Shown: positions 11,170-23,245, numbered from the stretch's first letter. The stretch is 37,649 bases of DNA from Octopus bimaculoides (GCF_001194135.2 NC_068988.1:35170723-35208371); one strand, 5' to 3'. The notes: a model not told the origin generated them from the sequence alone. A program made the numbers and translations.

Positions 11170-12929
11170 GAAAAATGCATTAGATACTACAAAACGTATA
11201 CGTAGGACAGGCATAAGGACTCTAATTCTTCCTCAGTTATCGATCGAAAATACTAATATCCACTTTCGTGCCTTTAACGATAAGACTGGGAACTTCGCAT
11301 ATGGGCGGCACCCGCAAGATTTGCATAAAATTTGGGCTCGAACAAACCAAATGATAGAGGGTGGACGTACGAAAGCAAACAGAAGTAATTATAAACGATC
11401 GACGAAGACAATAAATAAAGCCTTAGGGACAAATACGAGAATGTTATATTAACGCATGGAAGAAATCCTCCATTTGATATAAAAATAGAATTAGTAAGAG
11501 AAGAGAGGAGAAAAAGTAGGCAAGCACGGTACGCGTCTGGTGGCGAAAAGGCAGAAAATAGAAAATGAGTCACTGGTCATGTGTGTGTAGCAGATAGAAG
11601 GGAAGATAGGATGAGAGCGTGCAGCTGTGAGGGGAAATTGTTGAATCACCACCCGAGAGATATCAGAGAATGTGCAGATTAGTTACGGGTCATTTCAGTC
11701 CATTATCATTGAAGTTTTGGGTATGAGACGTGTCTGCGAAGTTTGAGTCAAAACTGCTTCGAGTTGACCAAAAAGAAATTTGAGTTTCAGTTGCGTAATG
11801 AATGTATATATAATTAATAGGGATATTAGCAGTATTTAATACCAAAAGGTCATCTTGATCCCCAACCTCATACACATCCTTTAACGTTTAGACTGTGCTT
11901 CGTTTTCGGAAGTATGCAAACTTTCGGATTTTTAAAGTATGTTTATTACGTTTTATTTCAACTTCAAAAGGCAAATTCATTGCAGCTACTGCGGAGAAAA
12001 GATGCTCTCTTATGGTATATCATATATGTATACATGAATATTATGTATANNNNNNNNNNNNNNNNNNNNNNNNNNNNNNNNNNNNNNNNNNNNNNNNNNN
12101 NNNNNNNNNNNNNNNNNNNNNNNNNNNNNNNNNNNNNNNNNNNNNNNNNNNNNNNNNNNNNNNNNNNNNNNNNNNNNNNNNNNNNNNNNNNNNNNNNNNN
12201 NNNNNNNNNNNNNNNNNNNNNNNNNNNNNNNNNNNNNNNNNNNNNNNNNNNNNNNNNNNNNNNNNNNNNNNNNNNNNNNNNNNNNNNNNNNNNNNNNNNN
12301 NNNNNNNNNNNNNNNNNNNNNNNNNNNNNNNNNNNNNNNNNNNNNNNNNNNNNNNNNNNNNNNNNNNNNNNNNNNNNNNNNNNNNNNNNNNNNNNNNNNN
12401 NNNNNNNNNNNNNNNNNNNNNNNNNNNNNNNNNNNNNNNNNNNNNNNNNNNNNNNNNNNNNNNNNATATATATATATATATATACACATATATATATATA
12501 TATATACACATATATATATATATACATACATACATGCATACATACTGTGGATATACATACGTATATATGCATACATCTATACATGTATGTATGTATGTAT
12601 AGACAGACACATGCGGACAAAACCTGAATCTACATGATTAAATTGGTCTCTTGAATACAACAGGAAGTAACTGCCATCAATTCAAACCATACACATAGAA
12701 ATATAAGGCAAGTATAATTACTCCATTATTTCTGTTTAATTATTCATATCTATTTGCTTCTAAGTGAGATCGGTTTGTTCTAGTTATGTTTAAATAATAT
12801 GTCTGTTTACTAGCCAGTAGATCCTGTAAAAACCATTAGAATTGCTGGAAACAACAGCTAAATCTTCCTCAAATGGCACTCCTCCTGATGCCAGAAGAAG
12901 GTAGAATACAATACATTGTTGTCGTGTAT

Positions 12930-13262
12930 ATCTTTTCTCTTGCTTCTCTCGTTCGATTGCCGCTGTGCAAGTGCACCATCTTGAATCGACCCCAGTAATA
13001 TTTATCGAACTGCTTATATAACAAAGACACAAACAAACCAGCATCGGTTGTTATACGATGGATGGAGGATACACAAAGAAGTAGATATGCGTATGAATAT
13101 TCGGTGAGCTCACCTGCAGTTTCCGTCTTCTAAAACCATCGACAAGGTATTGGTCGGCCTCGTGGCGTATAATGTCGAATACTTACCCAAATGTTTCTTA
13201 GTGGGACTGAACCTCAACCCAGGTGGCAGGGAAGCGAACTCCTAAACCACAAAGCTGTAACT
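12930..13262 (-). mobile_element. Old, near full-length SINE family C copy
   Basis: Head/CORE-like part at about 13120-13262 is contiguous with the 3' half at about 12930-13060. Heavily diverged. Confidence 0.6.
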
Positions 13263-13511
13263 TGGCAGTGGTCCTCAACCTGGGTCCATAAGACCTCTTC
13301 GACTCCATATGAGATTTTTGAGGGTCTACGCAAGCAAGCAAACAAATAAATTGGGTCCATAATAGTATTTTATAGGTCCATGGAAAATATTTGTTTTAGA
13401 TGCATTTATTGCAAAAAACAATCTCGCATTCTGATGTCTTGCATAATTCAACCTACACAAGGGTACATGGGATGAACAAAATAGAAATTCTGAGAAAGTA
13501 ACTATAAAACT

Positions 13512-13833
13512 GTGTAGGCGCAATGGCCCAGTGGTTAGGGCAGCGGATTCGCGGTCAGAAGATCGCGGTTTCGATTCCCAGACCGGGTGTTGTGTGTGTT
13601 TATTGAGCGAAAGCACCTAAAGCTACACGAGGCTCCGGCAGGTGGTGGTGGCAACTCCTGTTGTACTCTTTCGCCTCAACTTGCTCTCACTCTCTCTTCC
13701 TGTTTCTTGAGTAAGTCTGCGATGGACTGGCGTCCCGTCCAGCTGGTGGGCGAGGGACACATATGCCATAGAAACCTGGAAACCGGGCCCATGAGCCTGG
13801 CTAGGCTTTAAAAGGGCGAAAAAGAAAAAAAGA
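13512..13833 (+). mobile_element. Full-length SINE (alpha 5' module + V-like body)
   Basis: Same tRNA head as 6964 and 15081 up to about 13705, then CTGCGATGGACTGGCGTCCCGTCCAG and an A-rich tail. TSD AACTATAAAACT / AACTCTAAAACT (13500-13511 / 13834-13845). Confidence 0.88.
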
Positions 13834-15080
13834 AACTCTAAAACTAGATTTTAAACATTGACTAGCTAGATGGTATCCTCCAGAATAAAATTACAATCAA
13901 AGGTGTCCATAGATAAAAAAACATTTGGTTGAGAACCATCGAAGACTCCAAATTATAGGCCTTATATCCTGAATTATGTACATTTTTTTACATAGAAATT
14001 ATGTAATATTCTTTCCACTACTCTCGCTAAACAGTTTTGCCTTCGTAGTTAACTACCATATCTAGTTATCTTTTGCTGTTACTCATTTCGATATGATCAT
14101 ATATATTCTGAATTTTCTACATTGTTAATCATTAATAATCTAACTACTTATTTCTTCCAGAATACTACTAATTAGTTTCATTTTCGCTAATGACTTTTAC
14201 TTTAACCATTTATAATGACTCCCCGTCCTCCCAGTTTAGCTTACTTAAGTTTACCACCTTTTAATCTAGTGAGTTAACTCTTCCAGCTATCTTAACGCTA
14301 ATTAATTAACAGCAGCAACATATCTTTATAAGCATTGCCTGGTAGTCTATTTGCTTATATTTTACTTTTTTATTTTAATTTTCAGGTTCTCAATTTCACT
14401 ACTCTTATCTATTCTAGTTCCCACCACCACCACCACCACCACCACCACCTTCACCATTTGCGAACCCATTACACCCAGTTGAATAATCATCGAGCGTTAT
14501 CATAGTTCCCACCACCATCTGCCCATCCTCCTACCCACTAATCTTCTTCTTTATTCTCTTATTTTTATCTCTGCTTTTCCCATTTTGAACTTCTTCGCCT
14601 TCTCTCCCCACCCTGACATCCTATTTCCTAGACTGCCAACATGTTGTGCCCATAAAATATTTTCTTCTTAATCTCTTTTATTATTCATCAATGTAGATCC
14701 TTCATTTGATTAATTAAAAATTAATGTTTAGACTACGGACTGCAAATACGTTATTTGATTACTTTCATATTTTAATGACCTTTAAAAACACATTTTCCCT
14801 CTATTTTTCTGGCAAAATAAGAAATATTTTGAAGTCTTATAACCATATGTAAGAGAAAGTTACCGTCTCATTCATCGTAACCTCTGTGCCTTCTCCCAGA
14901 GTTCAGATTTCTTCTAAACCCTGGCTCCTTGTAAGTAATTATAGATCCCCACAAGCACTTTGCATCTAGAAAGGATCCTTACTTTCGTCTCCCACCACTA
15001 TGCGTCTTCCTTTGATTCTCTCCTTCCCATTCAAGTCAAGCCAATATAATATTGCTTTATCTTCTGTATCTATTTTCAGA

Positions 15081-15464
15081 GTGGAGGCGCAATGGCCCAG
15101 TGGTTAGGGCAGCGGACTCGCGGTCATAGGATCGCGGTTTCGATTCCCAGACTGGGCGTTGTGAGTGTTTATTGAGCGAAAACACCTAAAGTTCCACGAG
15201 GCTCCAGCAGGGGATGGTGGGGAACCCAGCTGTACTCTTTCTCTCACTCTTTCATCCTGTTTCTTTTGTATCTGTATTCCAAAGGGGCCAGCCTTGTCAC
15301 ACTGTGTCACGCTGAATATCCCTGAGAACTACGTTAAGGGTACGCGTGTCTGTGGAGTGCTCAGCCACTTGCGCGTTAATTTCACGAGCAGGCTGTTCCG
15401 TTGATCGGATCAACTAGAACCCTCGACGTTGTAAGCGACGGAGTGCCAACAACAGGAACAACAG
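15081..15464 (+). mobile_element. Full-length SINE (alpha 5' module + body X)
   Basis: A and B boxes, (AAC)-like tail and an 11-bp TSD CTATTTTCAGA (15070-15080 / 15465-15475). Confidence 0.92.
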
Positions 15465-16137
15465 CTATTTTCAGAACAGCCAGCATTTTCAGAAAAGGCC
15501 TTTGCATTTCTAGCTATAAATTTCGTCAGTTGAACCAATTACCTCTTGTTTGAAATCGCGTTCATACTGAAATATACGGCCAAATATAAAGAATTATTGT
15601 AATTTTATGAAATACATAATATTAATCTTGTCTTGAGTACTTTATTTGAGAGTGTTTGCTTATCCATAATATAAACTCTCTCTCTCTCACACACACAAAC
15701 ACGCACACATACATATTTCACTACTAATGAATTGGAAGCAGTAATCAACACTGGAGAGGTTGCTAATGAATTCTTAAATGTAATTTAAATCAAGAATCTA
15801 TTACCCAAGATTTCATGTTGACGAAAGCCGACAATTATCCAGCTACAATTAGAATCACTCTCACGCATATATCCATTTAAGGGTGTCCACTGGAACATTG
15901 AAAAAATATCAACTTCATATTCTGTTTATAATTTCTGCAATCACTCTTCCTCCAAAACGTTTTTCGCAGAGCTAGGTATCAAGTATCTTAATGATTTTCA
16001 AAATATCGAATCCAAAATGTTCTAATTATATCTAGTTACTCTATTCAAAGCAGATGGAAGAGAGTAACGTCTCTCTTTCCCTCTCTCCTTCCTCTCTCTC
16101 ACGTTGGACCGATCACCTTTCTATGGAAGATCAGACG

Positions 16138-16225
16138 ATGATGATGATGATCATGACGAGGATAATGATGATCACCACCGTCATCATTATCATCATTGTC
16201 ATCGTTATCGTCATCGTCATCATAA
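16138..16225. repeat. Compound (GAT)n/(TCA)n trinucleotide repeat
   Basis: Read directly. It is the source of the spurious D/H-rich and M/I-rich ORFs. Confidence 0.9.
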
Positions 16226-16313
16226 CCGCTGTCATTACTCTGCGTGTGTGCGAGTTAAAAAGTGTATGTATGCACACGCGCGCGTATGCACGTGTATATG
16301 TGTATATGTATGT

Positions 16314-16931
16314 AAGGTAAGCGTTCCATAGATTACTTTCATACGATATTTCGAAATATGAAGGCGTCGAGCTGGCGGAATCGTTAGAACGCCGGGAAAA
16401 ATACTTAGCGATATTTCGTCCGTCCTTACGTTCCGAGTTCAAATTCCGCCGAAGTTGACTTTGCCTTTCGTTCTTTCGGCGTCGATAAAGTAAGTAGCAG
16501 CTGAACCCAAACCCTCCCCCACAGAACTTGCTGACAAAAATTGGAAACCAGTATTTAGAAAATATGTTCAAACAGTAGATGATGCAAGAGAAAACAGAAT
16601 CAGATTGGCAGCTAAAGGAAGGGAGACCCGATATTCGGAGAACTGGAAACTGAGTTTTTCTGTTATAATGCATGAAACAATACTCTACATTTGCTTTGAC
16701 TTCGGTAAGTTATCCTTCCGCCGTAAAACGACAGAAACTTACGTAAGCACACATATACTCACCAACGAATACTCATACGTACGCGCGCGCACACACGCAC
16801 GCACGCACACTCACACACCCACTACACACGCACACTACGCACACGGACATAGGCAGATATAGATGTAAATATTCATGGGGCTTTCGCGAAAGATAGATAG
16901 ACGAGTAGGTAGGTAGGTGGATAGATAGATA

Positions 16932-16972
<41 letters not shown>

Positions 16973-17785
16973 TTAAAAAGCCAGAAACTAATGTAGAAAG
17001 TTCAACAGAAATAAAGACTGACACTTAGACAGACAGACAGATAGATAGATGGATAGATAAATTGATAGATGTATAAATTGATAGATAGAATGATAGAATG
17101 AATATATTCTGAATTTTCATATTTCACGCACGGTCGTCAATTTTTATTAGGTTTTCTTTGCTTCCGGCTAACTGCACCGGTGACTTGGTAATAACTGTTG
17201 TTATGAAAGACGCAGAACAAAATCTCCCTCCACCGTGTTTTTCTTCTCAATCAGTTTGGTTTCTAACATTTATCTGCGGTTTAAAAGCAGGTGTGAGTCA
17301 ACAGCTTCAGGGAAACAAATTTTAAAATTCGAAATATTTCAACTACAATTAACTTAACGTTTATTTGCGTACAGTTTTCCTTATCTGTATGTTACGAAGA
17401 GGTATTAAAATCTCTTTATATTCTATGTACAATTAATTACTTAAATACATGATGCAAACTGACATAATCCTAAGAAATATATGCAACAATGCGAAAGCCC
17501 CATAGATATTTACATCTATCTATAATTATGTGTGTATTTGTGTGTAGTTTGTGTGCGTGCGTACGAATATTTATGGGTGAGTATATGTGTGCTTACGTAC
17601 GTTTCTGTCGTTTTACAGAGGAAGGATAACTTACAGAAGTCAAAGCAAATGTAGAGTATTGTTTCATGCATTATCACTGAAAAGCTCAGTTTCCAGTACT
17701 CCGAATTTCGGGTCTCCCTTCCGCCAGCTCGACGCCTTCATATTTCGAAATATCGTATGAAAGTAATCTATGGAACGCTTACCTT
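16314..17785. repeat. Long interrupted inverted repeat (left arm 16314-16887, right arm 17491-17785)
   Basis: 16314-16380 is the exact reverse complement of 17719-17785 (67/67). 16619-16763 matches 17576-17720 with about 9 mismatches in 145 bp. Similarity continues to 16887/17491. Confidence 0.93.
16363..16555 (+). mobile_element. Meta-domain-like SINE (family B)
   Basis: GGCGTCGAGCTGGCGGAATCGTTAG head, GAGTTCAAATTCC B box and GCCGAAGTTGACTTTGCCTTTCGTTCTTTCGGCGTCGATAAAGTAAGTA domain. Confidence 0.8.
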
Positions 17786-17920
17786 TTTGTCTTTTCTGTT
17801 AAAGCAAATTGCGCGAATAACACTTGTAAAAACGGCTGTTTGAACCCATGCTTTTCATTTCATTTCTGGGTCTTGTGGCAGTACTTTAACCGTCTTATTT
17901 GAAAGCTTATACGTATAAGA

Positions 17921-18170
17921 GTGACGGTGACTGGCCTAGTGATAAGAATGCGACGATCGCAAGCTAGTGGTTTCGATTTCCGAACCTGGCAGTGCAGTGT
18001 GTTCTTGAGTAAAACACTTATTTTTCTCTTTCCTCTAGGTCATTCAGCTGTAAATAACTGTCCGATTGTCTGGTGTCCCGTGCAAGGAAAATGCAGTGAT
18101 CTCGGTTAAGTAGGCGCTATGAAAACTGGGCAACCGTCCAATAAGTCCCTAGTTTTCAAGACAACACTCT
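17921..18170 (+). mobile_element. Diverged SINE (beta 5' module + V-like body)
   Basis: GTGACTGGCCTAGTGATAAG..GGTTTCGATTTCC..GTGTTCTTGAGTAAAACACTT, then CCGATTGTCTGGTGTCCCGTGCA, which resembles the body at 13715-13790. Confidence 0.6.
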
Positions 18171-18521
18171 ACTGCATAAATGGATGAACATACACGCATA
18201 CATGTAATTTTGTTTCTTACCTTTATAGTAAAACGTTGTTTTTGTTTCGATCTTCCGTAAGAACAGACGCGTGCTTAAATATCTTTACCGTTGGTTGTAG
18301 TAAGCACGCAATATATTAAACCTAATGCTTCGAGCAATATTTATTGATGTTTATTTCAGTATAATTTTTTTTTCCAATTTAACTCTTTTGATACCATTCT
18401 AACCGAGACAATCCTTGGTTCCATTATACAAATTCTTTGTTTAAAATTGAAAATTTTAATCAAAATTTCATATCCATTTCTGTCATAATCGCTAACTTAA
18501 TTTTTCTTTCTATTTTCTGCT

Positions 18522-18690
18522 ATGAGCACAAGGCCTGAAATTTTGGAGAAGTGGGCTAGACGATTACATCAACCACAGTGATCAACTGGTATTTATTTCA
18601 TGAGCCCGAAAGGATGACGAAATTTGACCTCAGGACGTAAAACCGGAAGAAAATACTACTAAGGGGTGACGATTCTTCCAGCTCTCTGCT
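18522..18690 (-). mobile_element. Meta-domain-like SINE (family B), internally deleted
   Basis: Reverse complement similar to 33739-33947. Confidence 0.65.
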
Positions 18691-18890
18691 TTTCATTGAA
18701 ATGAATTATTTTACTAAATTCTTCATCGTTTTGAAAATGAATTGAAACAAAGCAGAAAAGGGCAACAACAAGATTATTCTTTTCTCTTTAATCACAGGTG
18801 GGGTTGGCTGCATCCGTGATTCTTTATTGAGCTTTTGAAATGGGTGGGATATGAAAGGAAAAAGGTTCCTTCAAACTGAAGACATAACGC

Positions 18891-19017
18891 AAACAGGAAG
18901 AGAGAGTGAGAGGAAGTTGAGGCGAAAGAGTACAACAGGAGTTGCCACCACCACCTGCCGGAGCCTCGTGTAGCTTTAGGTGCTTTCGCTCAATAAACAC
19001 ACACAACACCCGGTCTG
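18891..19017 (-). repeat. 127-bp internal SINE fragment nearly identical to 13579-13705
   Basis: 126/127 identity in inverted orientation. It lacks the A/B boxes and the tail. Confidence 0.95.
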
Positions 19018-19159
19018 CTATCTTGATTCGGCTTGGTAATTACAATAACGGCTCATGTGGAATATACAACCATAAATGAGGAAATTCAATGAGTTTGGTT
19101 GCTCATTTGAACAGCATTGTGGTAAATTTCGACCGAGTCAAATTTTGATAGATTTGTTC

Positions 19160-19239
19160 GATTAAAACCGTTCAAGGCGGTGCTCCAGTATGGCCGCAGT
19201 CAAATTACTCGAACAAGCAAAAGAATAAAAAGAAAGAAT
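19160..19239 (+). mobile_element. 3' end of SINE family C
   Basis: AAGGCGGTGCTCCAGTATGGCCGCAGTCAAAT..AAAAGAATAAAAAGAA tail running into the gap. Confidence 0.8.
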
Positions 19240-20500
19240 NNNNNNNNNNNNNNNNNNNNNNNNNNNNNNNNNNNNNNNNNNNNNNNNNNNNNNNNNNNNN
19301 NNNNNNNNNNNNNNNNNNNNNNNNNNNNNNNNNNNNNNNNNNNNNNNNNNNNNNNNNNNNNNNNNNNNNNNNNNNNNNNNNNNNNNNNNNNNNNNNNNNN
19401 NNNNNNNNNNNNNNNNNNNNNNNNNNNNNNNNNNNNNNNNNNNNNNNNNNNNNNNNNNNNNNNNNNNNNNNNNNNNNNNNNNNNNNNNNNNNNNNNNNNN
19501 NNNNNNNNNNNNNNNNNNNNNNNNNNNNNNNNNNNNNNNNNNNNNNNNNNNNNNNNNNNNNNNNNNNNNNNNNNNNNNNNNNTATATATATAAATACATA
19601 TATATATATATATATAAATACATATATATACGTATATGTATGTGCGTAAATATATGTATATGTACACACATACACACCTAGATATTTATATACGTGCGTG
19701 TGCTTTTGCGTATTTGTATGTATAATAACATTATATATAAAATGTTCACATTGGTTTCTAATAAATTTAGAAATGAGATCGTGTGACGTTTATACTTTTA
19801 AGTTAAGCGCATTAACGTCGCAAATATTTATACAATAATCATAATCTCGTAACATTTTGGAAGATACACCAAACTCAACGATATACAAGTACCACATCAA
19901 GACATTTATACGTACAATGCACATATCGCACTTGCTGAAACATACACACACATACACATATACACACATACACACAGTTAGGTGTCTCGCCACCCCCTTA
20001 ATACACTCATTACATTAACGTTTTCTGATTGATGTAATTAATTAAATTATACATCAACTGCGTTACGACGAAAGTTACTATTTTTGTCTCGTCAGCGTAA
20101 ATTACAAAGTTTTCTATCCAGGAAACACTTTTGATGTGTTGCACAGTTTATTAAATCTAGTCTACTTTATGCTTATTGCTAGTAGTTATTAGATCAACCT
20201 GAAAGGGGACAAGACATCGAGGGAATATCAATACAATAGAAAGTAGTTCGAAATGCAAGAAGTAGTAACCAATTTTTACTCAAATCACACTACACGCGCA
20301 CATTCTCATTCAGAACGCACACACACACACACATACACACACACACACACACACAAACTGATATACTCTGGGATAGAGTCGGTGAAGTAATTACAACCTT
20401 GGATATGGTGAGTTCGAATCATGCCCAGTACGACCGTCTTCTATGCTTTCTTAATCGATTAAATTTATTACCACGAACATATAGGTGCATATCACTAGAT

Positions 20501-20664
20501 TAGGCGAAAGCGTGGCTGTGTGGTAAGAAGTTTTCTTCTCAGTCACATAGCTCCAGTTTCATTGCTACTGCGCAGCAACTTGGGCAAATGTCTTCTAATA
20601 GCTTCGAGCCGAAAGTCTTATGAGTATATGTGATAGACTGAAACAGAAAGACGCCCGTCGTGTA
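20501..20664 (+). mobile_element. SINE family C 5' half (head + CORE-like)
   Basis: GCGTGGCTGTGTGGTAAGAAG...CTTGGGCAAATGTCTTCT...GAAAGACGCCCGTCGTGTA. Confidence 0.75.
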
Positions 20665-20880
20665 CGAAGGAGTACTGAAAAGTTCTTGGCTTTAAGGGTA
20701 TCGCGAAAAGTCTGGTTTGAGGCCCAATTTTCTGAGTTCTTGTAAAGGGTTTAGAAAAACAGAAGGACCGATGCAAAATGTGCGTGAATCTGAGAGGAGA
20801 ATATGTTGAATAAAACCATAATTAACTGATCCTTCTGAATTTTCTTTTACCCAGAGCTAAGAACTTTTCAGCATTCCTCT
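20665..20880 (+). mobile_element. Mariner-derived MITE (~216 bp)
   Basis: TIRs CGAAGGAGTACTGAAAAGTTCTTGGCT / AGCTAAGAACTTTTCAGCATTCCTCT, with TA on both sides (20663-64, 20881-82). Internal KMCVNLRGEYVE* (20775-20813) resembles a mariner transposase C-terminus. Confidence 0.85.
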
Positions 20881-20889
20881 TATATATAT

Positions 20890-21179
20890 GGGAAGAAGCT
20901 TGCTTCCCGAACACATGGTTCCGGGTTGAGTCTTCTACTATTGCCTCCGACCGACCAAAGACTTGTGAGAAGATTTGATAAATAGAAACTGAAAGAAGCC
21001 CGTCTGTCTCCCTCCCACCATCGCTTGACAACAGATGTTGGTATGTTTGCATCCTGGTAAACTAGCGGTAGAACAAGTACCAAGCTTTCAAAGAATAAGT
21101 CAATTTGTTCGACTAAAGGTGGTGCTGAAGTATGGCCGCAGTCAAACGACTGAAACAAATAAAAGAATAAAAGAATAAA

Positions 21180-21182
<3 letters not shown>
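20890..21182 (+). mobile_element. SINE family C copy joining the CORE-like half and the 3' half
   Basis: Continuous CACATGGTTCCGGGTT..GAAAGAAGCCCGTC..CATCGCTTGACAAC..GGTGCTGAAGTATGGCCGCAGTC..AAAAGAATAAAAGAAT. This shows the two halves belong to one family. Confidence 0.82.
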
Positions 21183-21213
<31 letters not shown>

Positions 21214-21835
21214 NNNNNNNNNNNNNNNNNNNNNNNNNNNNNNNNNNNNNNNNNNNNNNNNNNNNNNNNNNNNNNNNNNNNNNNNNNNNNNNNNNNNNNN
21301 NNNNNNNNNNNNNNNNNNNNNNNNNNNNNNNNNNNNNNNNNNNNNNNNNNNNNNNNNNNNNNNNNNNNNNNNNNNNNNNNNNNNNNNNNNNNNNNNNNNN
21401 NNNNNNNNNNNNNNNNNNNNNNNNNNNNNNNNNNNNNNNNNNNNNNNNNNNNNNNNNNNNNNNNNNNNNNNNNNNNNNNNNNNNNNNNNNNNNNNNNNNN
21501 NNNNNNNNNNNNNNNNNNNNNNNNNNNNNNNNNNNNNNNNNNNNNNNNNNNNNNNNNNNNNNNNNNNNNNNNNNNNNNNNNNNNNNNNNNNNNNNNNNNN
21601 NNNNNNNNNNNNNNNNNNNNNNNNNNNNNNNNNNNNNNNNNNNNNNNNNNNNNNNNNNNNNNNNNNNNNNNNNNNNNNNNNNNNNNNNNNNNNNNNNNNN
21701 NNNNNNNNNNNNNNNNNNNNNNNNNNNNNNNNNNNNNNNNNNNNNNNNNNNNNNNNNNNNNNNNNNNNNNNNNNNNNNNNNNNNNNNNNNNNNNNNNNNN
21801 NNNNNNNNNNNNNNNNNNNNNNNNNNNNNNNNNNN

Positions 21836-21917
21836 ATATTATGGGCTTCTTTTAGTTTCCGTCTACCAAATTCACTCACGAGGCTTTGGTCGACCCGAGG
21901 CTATAGTAGAAGACACT
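21836..21917 (-). mobile_element. CORE-like fragment of SINE family C
   Basis: GGGCTTCTTTTAGTTTCCGTCTACCAAATTCACTCACGAGGCTTTGGTCGACCCGAGGCTATAGTAGAAGACAC. Confidence 0.8.
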
Positions 21918-22469
21918 TTTTAAAGTATAGAGTTGAATTTCGTTTAACCCCCTGTTGACAATTTTTCCTCTACCTATTTTGTAGGGGGTATTACCCAATT
22001 TTCTGGCTTCTTTTCACAGCTTACCCCGTTCGAAATTTGCATTAGTTTTGTATGAAAAAAAAAAGGGTGGCGGGGATTGTTTGTAGTTTGTAGAGAAAAC
22101 GTTAAAGGTACCTGAAAAAAGAAGATGGTTCCCCCCGCCCAACTAAAAGACATGAAGAACTATCAAAGAAGGTGAATAAGTGCCAGGGTGGTGGAAAGGT
22201 GAGAGAGAGAGCTAACACTCGATTTCCCAAATACACTCGATCTCCCAAATACACTTGATGTCCCTGAATAGAACTCCCAGAATAAAAACGTAAGCACCTG
22301 AAAAATTTGCTCTCTATTCATTACTAAATGTCTTTCCCTCTTCTTCATTGTTAAAAGAAAAGAAGCTAGAAAAGATCGATCGTATTTCGGTCTAATTGCC
22401 ATTGTAAACGACTGAGGCTTTCCTTTCTCTCTCTTTATCGCTTCATTCCTTTTCTCTACGGTTACGAGA

Positions 22470-22782
22470 GTGAAGGTGTGTGGCTCAGTGGTTAGGGGCA
22501 TTCTGTCTACGATCGTAAAGTCATGAATACGATTCTCTGCGGTGTGCTGTGTTTTTTGAGCAAAGTATTCTACTTCACCTTGCTCTAGTCCACGCAGCTG
22601 GCAAAAATGAGTTGTAGCTGTAATTCAAAGGGGCCAGCCTTGACACATTCTGTGTGAGGCTGAATCTTCCCGAGAACTACGTTATGATATGCATGTCATA
22701 TGCTTGTGCGTTAATTTTATGAGCAGACTTCCGTTTATCAGACAAACAGGAACCTCGTCGTCGTAACTGACGGAGTGCCATG
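22470..22782 (+). mobile_element. SINE (beta 5' module + body X)
   Basis: GTGTGGCTCAGTGGTTAGG head and TTGAGCAAAGTATTCTACTTCACCTTGCTCTAGTCCAC, then the AATTCAAAGGGGCCAGCCTTG..GACGGAGTGCCA body shared with 6964 and 15081. Confidence 0.75.
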
Positions 22783-23087
22783 TTTTAAAAAAGATTGAAA
22801 GAAAAGGTAATGCTTCATATTGTAAGGCAAAAATGTCATGCGTTTAGTATAAGCAGTGAAAGTTAAGACGAAATAATTGCTATTCTGTCGTGTATTCGCC
22901 CTCGAATCATGCTCAGTTTGATAAAAACAGCCTACACATCGGTGTTTATCTGGGGGCTTGGCTTCCAGATCTATGAGACCCACAAATACTGCTGTTAGGA
23001 CCAAATTAACACCCATACGACTAAAAGGATCTTCCTGCCTCTATATAGGATCTTTTTTCGTTTTCTTCCAACCACTTGAAGGTTTAT

Positions 23088-23245
23088 CTTGCTCCAGTCC
23101 ACTCAGCTGGCCAAAATGAGTTGTAGCTGTAATTAAAAGGGCCAATCTTGTCATATTCTTTGTGAGGTTGAATCTCCCTGAGAACTACGTTAATGATATG
23201 CATATCTGTGGAGTGCTCAACCACTTGCGAGTTAATTTTATACTC
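23088..23245 (+). mobile_element. Partial SINE (beta module end + body X)
   Basis: Aligns to about 22580-22720. Confidence 0.75.

Noticed and set aside
11168-11452. 94-aa ORF MKNALDTT...
   Set aside because: No recognisable motif or splice context. A chance ORF or unidentifiable TE debris is more likely.
11700-11775. Hammerhead-like motif on the minus strand
   Set aside because: A stem-II-like GCAG..CTTC is present, but both CUGANGA and GAAA are broken. It is too degenerate to call.
790-21958. Long ORFs of 137-379 aa in the track
   Set aside because: They are open only because they cross N-gaps, and their flanks are microsatellite translations (HTHT, YIYI, CVCV).
21944-22270. piggyBac-like TTAA-CCC end and an 18-bp x3 repeat at about 22215-22270
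   Set aside because: I found no matching opposite terminus or second TTAA TSD.
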